Positions 59,717 to 64,000 of a DNA stretch of 64,000 nucleotides are shown piece by piece. Each line of letters opens with the position of its first letter. The stretch's first letter is position 1. The notes beneath the pieces were generated by a model that had not been told where the DNA came from, made no database searches, and was given only the letters and a program-made list of their open reading frames with translations. Both the position numbers and the translations under genes were made by a program. The DNA is taken from positions 5,931 to 69,930 of the forward strand of contig JBLNAA010000008.1 in assembly GCA_050259135.1 (NCBI GenBank), in the 5' to 3' direction. Origin of the DNA: Methylocystaceae bacterium. Lineage in GTDB: Bacteria; Bacillota; Syntrophomonadia; Syntrophomonadales; JBLNAA01.

Positions 59717-60688
59717 TTACTCGTTTTGCGCAGCTATTTCCACCGCTCCCCGTACCACACCTTCTTTTTCCTTAAGATAACGCCACACTGTCTGCCGGCT
59801 TATGGTCACACCCTTTTCCTGCTCAATTAACCTGGCAATACGCGAAGCAGAGTAATTAGGATGTCGGCTCTTTAATTCATCAATATAATTTTCCAACTCA
59901 CGATCAATTTTGGAGGGCCGCCCCCGGCGGTTGACCATCATTTCATCTTTCAGGTACTTGCTTATATACCGGTAGATGGTGCGGGTGGAAACCCCCATTT
60001 CCCGACTGACCTTATCTACGGAGACACTCATGGCGCTTTCCGCTAAAACATGCCGCCGATATTCCTCACTGAATTCGTCACTTACTGACTGCATTACTCC
60101 CATCATGAATAATAGCCGCACTTCGTACATATTACGCATCAATTCGAGAACCAGGTTTTCATCGTAACGGCTGCCGGCTCCCCGCAGCAATTCATCCAGC
60201 AGTTCTTCAAATGACAATAATCGTCCCGACGTATGAGCACAGGTAAACATTACATCAATGGTGTCAGCGATGGCAATTATTCTGGCCCCTAGAGGAATAC
60301 TCTCGCCTTTAACCCCCCGCGGATAACCGGTACCATCGATAGATTCGTGATGGTTATAAATAAGAGGCAGAAGTGGTGCCAGAATCTCACCATCACCATT
60401 TTCCTGAATCAACTGCACCCCTCTTTGAGGATGCTCCGCCAGTATTCCTCCCGGCATTGGCACCTGTCGATAAGCTAGTTCGGAAGGAAGTCCTACCTTG
60501 CCCACATCATGTAAAAAGGCTCCACAGGTGATCAGAACCTTTTCTTCCGGGCTCAGGCCAATCTTTTCCGCAATATAAAAGGAAAAGAGACCAACTTTTT
60601 GGCAGTGGTTGTAAAGAGTAGCATCATAATCTGCCAGCAACTGTCGGTATAAGAGCACCCTGAGCAGTAACTCCTGACTGAGTTGCAT
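59717..60688 (-). CDS. HD-GYP domain protein fused to a C-terminal double helix-turn-helix module
   Basis: HD (AFLHDVGK) and HHESIDGTGYP motifs in the N-terminal about 200 aa. The C-terminal about 110 aa carries two HTH-like segments (VSREMGVSTRTIYRYISKY; ASRIARLIEQEKGVTISRQTVWRYLKE) joined by RRGRPSKI. Confidence 0.8.
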   Translation of the reverse strand: MQLSQELLLRVLLYRQLLADYDATLYNHCQKVGLFSFYIAEKIGLSPEEKVLITCGAFLHDVGKVGLPSELAYRQVPMPGGILAEHPQRGVQLIQENGDGEILAPLLPLIYNHHESIDGTGYPRGVKGESIPLGARIIAIADTIDVMFTCAHTSGRLLSFEELLDELLRGAGSRYDENLVLELMRNMYEVRLLFMMGVMQSVSDEFSEEYRRHVLAESAMSVSVDKVSREMGVSTRTIYRYISKYLKDEMMVNRRGRPSKIDRELENYIDELKSRHPNYSASRIARLIEQEKGVTISRQTVWRYLKEKEGVVRGAVEIAAQNE

Positions 60689-61142
60689 AATTCATCCCCC
60701 ACCGCAGGAAATACCAATACTAACTAATTATTGGTTAAATTATCCTTCGCCACAGATTGCAATAATTCCTTGTTTTTAAACTAAATTTTTCTAATATTAA
60801 ACTATTTCAGATTGAAAAACTGTTATTAATTGACTTGTATTACACAGCTATCCTATAGACACCAGGAAGATTTTCGATTGCTAATTATCGAGTCTGCCTA
60901 TTAACCGGGTCGGTAGTCACAAAGAGTGCTGTTCAAACAAGCAGTAACTCATCTATTAGATCCTAAGTTAACCGCAAAAATTGTCGGCCTTCATTATACT
61001 TGGTTTTTATGAAACCAATTGCTTACAGATAGTAAATATAGGAGGCGCACTCAAATTGGCCAGCGCATACGGTCCTTGATTAAACTAATAAGCTAAATTT
61101 TGGCTGTCATACCTAAGATAATATACTGCGGCCAGAATGTGA

Positions 61143-61172
61143 AATCAGCCGCTCCTGATGAAACGGCTGATT
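61143..61172 (-). terminator. Hairpin downstream of the helicase gene (weak terminator, poor U-tract)
   Basis: Minus strand reads AATCAGCCG-N12-CGGCTGATT followed by TCACATTC. Confidence 0.4.
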
Positions 61173-61199
61173 GAATGCATTATTTCCTTCTTGATTGGA

Positions 61200-62573
61200 T
61201 TAACGTTTGCGAGGACTACGCGGTCGCCGAGCAGGTTGATTAGCGGTTTTTTTGGTTCTTAAGGGGGCTTCTTCAGTCAAATATACTGGTGTATTGTCCG
61301 GTTCCTTGGTTAACATTTTCAATGCTGCACAAACCAGGGTCATTGAATCATGCTCTTCCAGTAACTCCTCAGCAATACTTCGATAGTTCTGATAACCGCC
61401 AGCTTCCAACACCTGCAGTAACTTGTCGGCGGTAATTCGCTGCTGCCCTTCCATGGCCTCGCCCAGAGTAGGTATCGGCTTGCGAATAATCTTCCGTTTG
61501 GTTACCTGCTCTATCATCCGCAAATGCCCCAGTTCCCTGGGAGTAACCAAAGTATAAGCCTGCCCGGGTTTTCCGGCTCGTCCAGTCCGGCCAATACGAT
61601 GAACATATCCTTCCGGATCCTGCGGAATATCAAAATTATAGACATGGGTTACCCCAGTGATATCCAAACCCCTGGCGGCAACATCAGTAGCTACCAAAAC
61701 ATCGATGGTTCCCTCGCGGAATTGGCGCATAACACTATCCCGTTTAGCCTGAGTCAGGTCTCCATGTATCCCCTCCGCCATGTATCCCCGCTTATGCAGA
61801 GCTTCATTAAGTTCATCAACCCGCCGCTTGGTCCGCCCAAAAATTATAGCCAATTCCGGCGAGTGCATGTCGAGCAGCCGGCACATAACGTCAAATTTGA
61901 TGCGCTCTGAAACCTCAATATAATACTGTTCGGTCAAGGGAACCGTCATCTCACTGCGGGTCGGCATTACCGATTCCGGTTCCTTCATATACTTAAACGC
62001 CAGCATTTTTATCTGCGGAGACATGGTAGCAGAAAAGAGCATTGTCTGCCGGTCATCGGGAACTTCCTTTAAAATGGTCTCAATATCCTCTATAAATCCC
62101 ATATCCAGCATTTCATCTGCTTCGTCCAGCACAATGGTGTGTATTTTTTGCAGCCGAATGGTACGCCGCCGCATATGATCCATCAGTCGTCCCGGAGTTG
62201 CCACAATTATGTGCGGCCTTTTTTTCAAAGCCCGAATTTGACGCTCAATATCCTGGCCGCCATATATTGGTAAAGCAGCGATACTCTTGAACTGGCCGAT
62301 CCGGTTCAATTCCTCAGCTACCTGTACTGCCAACTCACGGGTTGGGGTCAGAACCAGCGCTTGAATGTATTCCTCATCATAACGGATCTTTTCAATCATA
62401 GGTATACCAAAAGCTGCTGTTTTGCCGGTGCCCGTCTGAGCCTGGCCAATTATATCCCGGCCTTCCAAAGCCATCGGAATAGCACGCTCCTGAATCTTGG
62501 TGGTTTCTTCATATCCCATTTCAGCAATTGCCTTGAGCAGTGGGCTGCTTAATTGCAGTTCCCTAAAATCCAA
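61200..62573 (-). CDS. DEAD-box ATP-dependent RNA helicase (CshA-like) with basic C-terminal tail
   Basis: [15 protein letters not shown] and [10 protein letters not shown] motifs. RRPRSPRKR tail. TTG start. Confidence 0.93.
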   Translation of the reverse strand: MDFRELQLSSPLLKAIAEMGYEETTKIQERAIPMALEGRDIIGQAQTGTGKTAAFGIPMIEKIRYDEEYIQALVLTPTRELAVQVAEELNRIGQFKSIAALPIYGGQDIERQIRALKKRPHIIVATPGRLMDHMRRRTIRLQKIHTIVLDEADEMLDMGFIEDIETILKEVPDDRQTMLFSATMSPQIKMLAFKYMKEPESVMPTRSEMTVPLTEQYYIEVSERIKFDVMCRLLDMHSPELAIIFGRTKRRVDELNEALHKRGYMAEGIHGDLTQAKRDSVMRQFREGTIDVLVATDVAARGLDITGVTHVYNFDIPQDPEGYVHRIGRTGRAGKPGQAYTLVTPRELGHLRMIEQVTKRKIIRKPIPTLGEAMEGQQRITADKLLQVLEAGGYQNYRSIAEELLEEHDSMTLVCAALKMLTKEPDNTPVYLTEEAPLRTKKTANQPARRPRSPRKR

Positions 62574-62609
62574 TATCTATCCAACTCCTTAACTTAATCA
62601 CATTGCTCT

Positions 62610-62618
62610 ATTGTACCA
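62610..62618 (-). promoter_or_regulatory. Extended -10 promoter element upstream of the helicase gene
   Basis: Minus strand reads TGGTACAAT, about 37 nt upstream of the start. TTGACA lies 21 nt further upstream, which is non-optimal spacing. Confidence 0.35.
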
Positions 62619-62679
62619 GAGTATTTCTTAAGTTTTTGTCAACTCTTCTGCTATTTTTTTGCCGGGAAATGAAATTTAT

Positions 62680-63369
62680 TTATCTATCTCTCCGTGCATA
62701 CTGATTTAAGTACCCCTGGATAAATGCTGTTACCTGGTTTCGCCCTCTGATAATACCGAAATGCCCCTCACACAGGATATCAGCTTCCCTATCCAGCAGA
62801 TGATACATTGAATGTTTCCAGTCTCCCAGGTTAGACCCCCAAATGGAACTGAAAGGGCCGTGGATGTCCTGTCCAAATAATATTTTATCTTCTCCAGTAC
62901 GGGTTAATATACTCATACTGCCTGGTGTATGACCAGGAGTAAACAGGCATTCAAATTCTTTATCCGCGAATATTATTTTTTGTTCACCAATAATAACATT
63001 CTCGACTTCCACCGGCTGGTAATCAACTCCGTAATAAGCGGCCGCCGTCAATTGGGGTTTTCCTTCCTGAATGGCAGGCAGCTCAAGTTGGTGAGCGGTC
63101 ACTCGGGCAGCCAGACGATCCTTCATCCAGGCCAGATTACCGATGTGATCAATATGGCCATGAGTAATTATAATATTCCTGACCAGTTGGGGATTGATAC
63201 CGGTACTGATAATGTTTTTATAAATCAGATCTCCTGCCGGACCGGTTCCGGTGTCCACCAATACTGCCTCTTCCCCGCATGAGACCAAATAAACACAGCA
63301 ATCATCCGGTTCAGACAGCCCATTGCCCCCCACCTGATATACTCCGGATGCAACCTCAATAAATGCCAT
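62680..63369 (-). CDS. MBL-fold metallo-hydrolase
   Basis: THGHIDH motif and TPGHTPGS. Length 229 aa. RBS GGGGGGAAT. Confidence 0.8.
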   Translation of the reverse strand: MAFIEVASGVYQVGGNGLSEPDDCCVYLVSCGEEAVLVDTGTGPAGDLIYKNIISTGINPQLVRNIIITHGHIDHIGNLAWMKDRLAARVTAHQLELPAIQEGKPQLTAAAYYGVDYQPVEVENVIIGEQKIIFADKEFECLFTPGHTPGSMSILTRTGEDKILFGQDIHGPFSSIWGSNLGDWKHSMYHLLDREADILCEGHFGIIRGRNQVTAFIQGYLNQYARRDR

Positions 63370-63621
63370 GTTAGATTCCCCCCTGGAATTATCGCTATCA
63401 TAAATAATAATACAAATTTAAGCTTATTAAATAAATTTCGTCCTAACTGCACCTGCAAAAGGGCAAACTAATATACTGACAGCATGGTGATTCATATTAT
63501 CGATATAGCTCCGAAAAATTAGCCCAAATATTTTGATCTTCAGGTACCAGGCGGAGTAAACATTTGAAGCGTTATTTTGGCGAACGCTCATAATAATCCC
63601 GGCGTCCGCAATATCACACTC

Positions 63622-63905
63622 TAACCACAAAGCAATTAGGTGGTTCAGAAACCGCCAGATGCTAGGCACACTGAACATCATTAGTAGCAGTGTACTCAGT
63701 TGTATTTGCCGAAAAAGACAGTGAGTGAATAAGAAGCCGCCAGATGCAGCGACGCTTGAGCAAAACCACAAAAACAATTAGGCGGTTCAGAAGCCGCCAG
63801 ATGCGAGGCGCAGTAAGTGTTAGCAGCGACGGCGTACTTATTGGTACGTCGAGCAATAACACGAACTGCAACAAAGCAGATGGTGGTTTATCAACCGCCC
63901 AACAA
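63622..63905. repeat. Degenerate tandem repeat array built around a conserved about 45-nt core with a 7-bp hairpin
   Basis: Core AACCACAAA(G/A)…AATTAGG(T/C)GGTTCAGAA(A/G)CCGCCAGATGC occurs at 63622-63662 and 63766-63804. A truncated copy AGAAGCCGCCAGATGC lies at 63732-63747. A permuted copy CAGATGGTGGTTTATCAACCGCC lies at 63877-63899. Confidence 0.6.
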
Positions 63906-63914
63906 AAATAAAAA

Positions 63915-64000
63915 TCCTGGCAACGGCCTACTCTCCCACAAATGCAGTACCATCGGCGCTGGAGAGCTTAACTGCCGTGTTCGGTATGGGAACGGGTGTG
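63915..64000 (-). rRNA. rrf: 5S ribosomal RNA, 3' portion (truncated by the window end)
   Basis: Minus strand reads CACACCCGTTCCCATACCGAACACGGCAGTTAAGCTCTCCAGCGCCGATGGTACTGCATTTGTGGGAGAGTAGGCCGTTGCCAGG. This matches bacterial 5S rRNA closely. Confidence 0.95.

Noticed and set aside
59717-60100. Possibility that the transposase-like HTH region marks an insertion sequence or mobile element
   Set aside because: There is no DDE or serine/tyrosine recombinase catalytic domain, no terminal inverted repeats and no target-site duplication. The HTH module is in frame with and continuous with the HD-GYP domain.
63781-63798. Resemblance of GGCGGTTCAGAAGCCGCC to a tRNA T-arm (GGTTCGAATCC), suggesting tRNA genes or pseudogenes after 5S
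   Set aside because: The best pairing gives a 7-bp stem with a 4-nt loop, not a 5-bp stem with a 7-nt T-loop. No matching acceptor 5' strand, D-arm or anticodon arm lies within 80 nt upstream.
63427-63874. Two overlapping minus-strand ORFs (116 aa and 70 aa) with repeated IWR(F/L)LN(H/R)LI peptides
   Set aside because: The peptide repeats are just the translation of the nucleotide repeat core. There is no RBS, the sequences are Cys/Phe/Leu-rich, and they sit directly downstream of 5S rRNA. The region is treated as non-coding repeats.

Overview
This is a 64-kb core-chromosome segment of an anaerobic Gram-positive bacterium. Gene content suggests Clostridia, possibly Peptococcaceae-like, but that is inference only. 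About 55 genes are present and almost all lie on the minus strand. From high to low coordinates the window holds:
- the 3' part of a 5S rRNA, followed by an unexplained array of conserved hairpin repeats;
- an MBL hydrolase, a DEAD-box helicase, and an HD-GYP protein fused to transposase-like HTH domains;
- a plus-strand flgG-flgJ pair, and tatA;
- a SAM-I riboswitch driving short metH, a COG1900 gene, a NIL-ferredoxin gene and a COG2122 gene (sulfide-dependent homocysteine/methionine module);
- nadE, yebC, a bofC-like gene and yitT;
- ruvCAB-queH-DUF2905, then queA-tgt-yajC-HD-secDF;
- a CDF exporter behind a terminator-containing leader, then lapA-like, recJ-relA-dtd, MBL, hemZ-like-hisS-aspS, and a well-folding 6S RNA candidate;
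- an endonuclease III-like gene and an ACT-domain gene;
- a complete dcw cluster (mraZ to ftsZ);
- an ECF transporter (T, fused AA', S), and finally a canonical cobalamin riboswitch controlling three secreted proteins.

The most interesting candidate system is this riboswitch-controlled trio. It combines alpha/alpha-toroid repeat domains, DUF4430 domains and SLH anchors, an architecture reminiscent of eukaryotic transcobalamin. It may be a cell-surface corrinoid-capture apparatus feeding the neighbouring ECF transporter. No CRISPR array, prophage or IS element was seen. All calls rest on reading the sequence and ORF translations; no database search was run.
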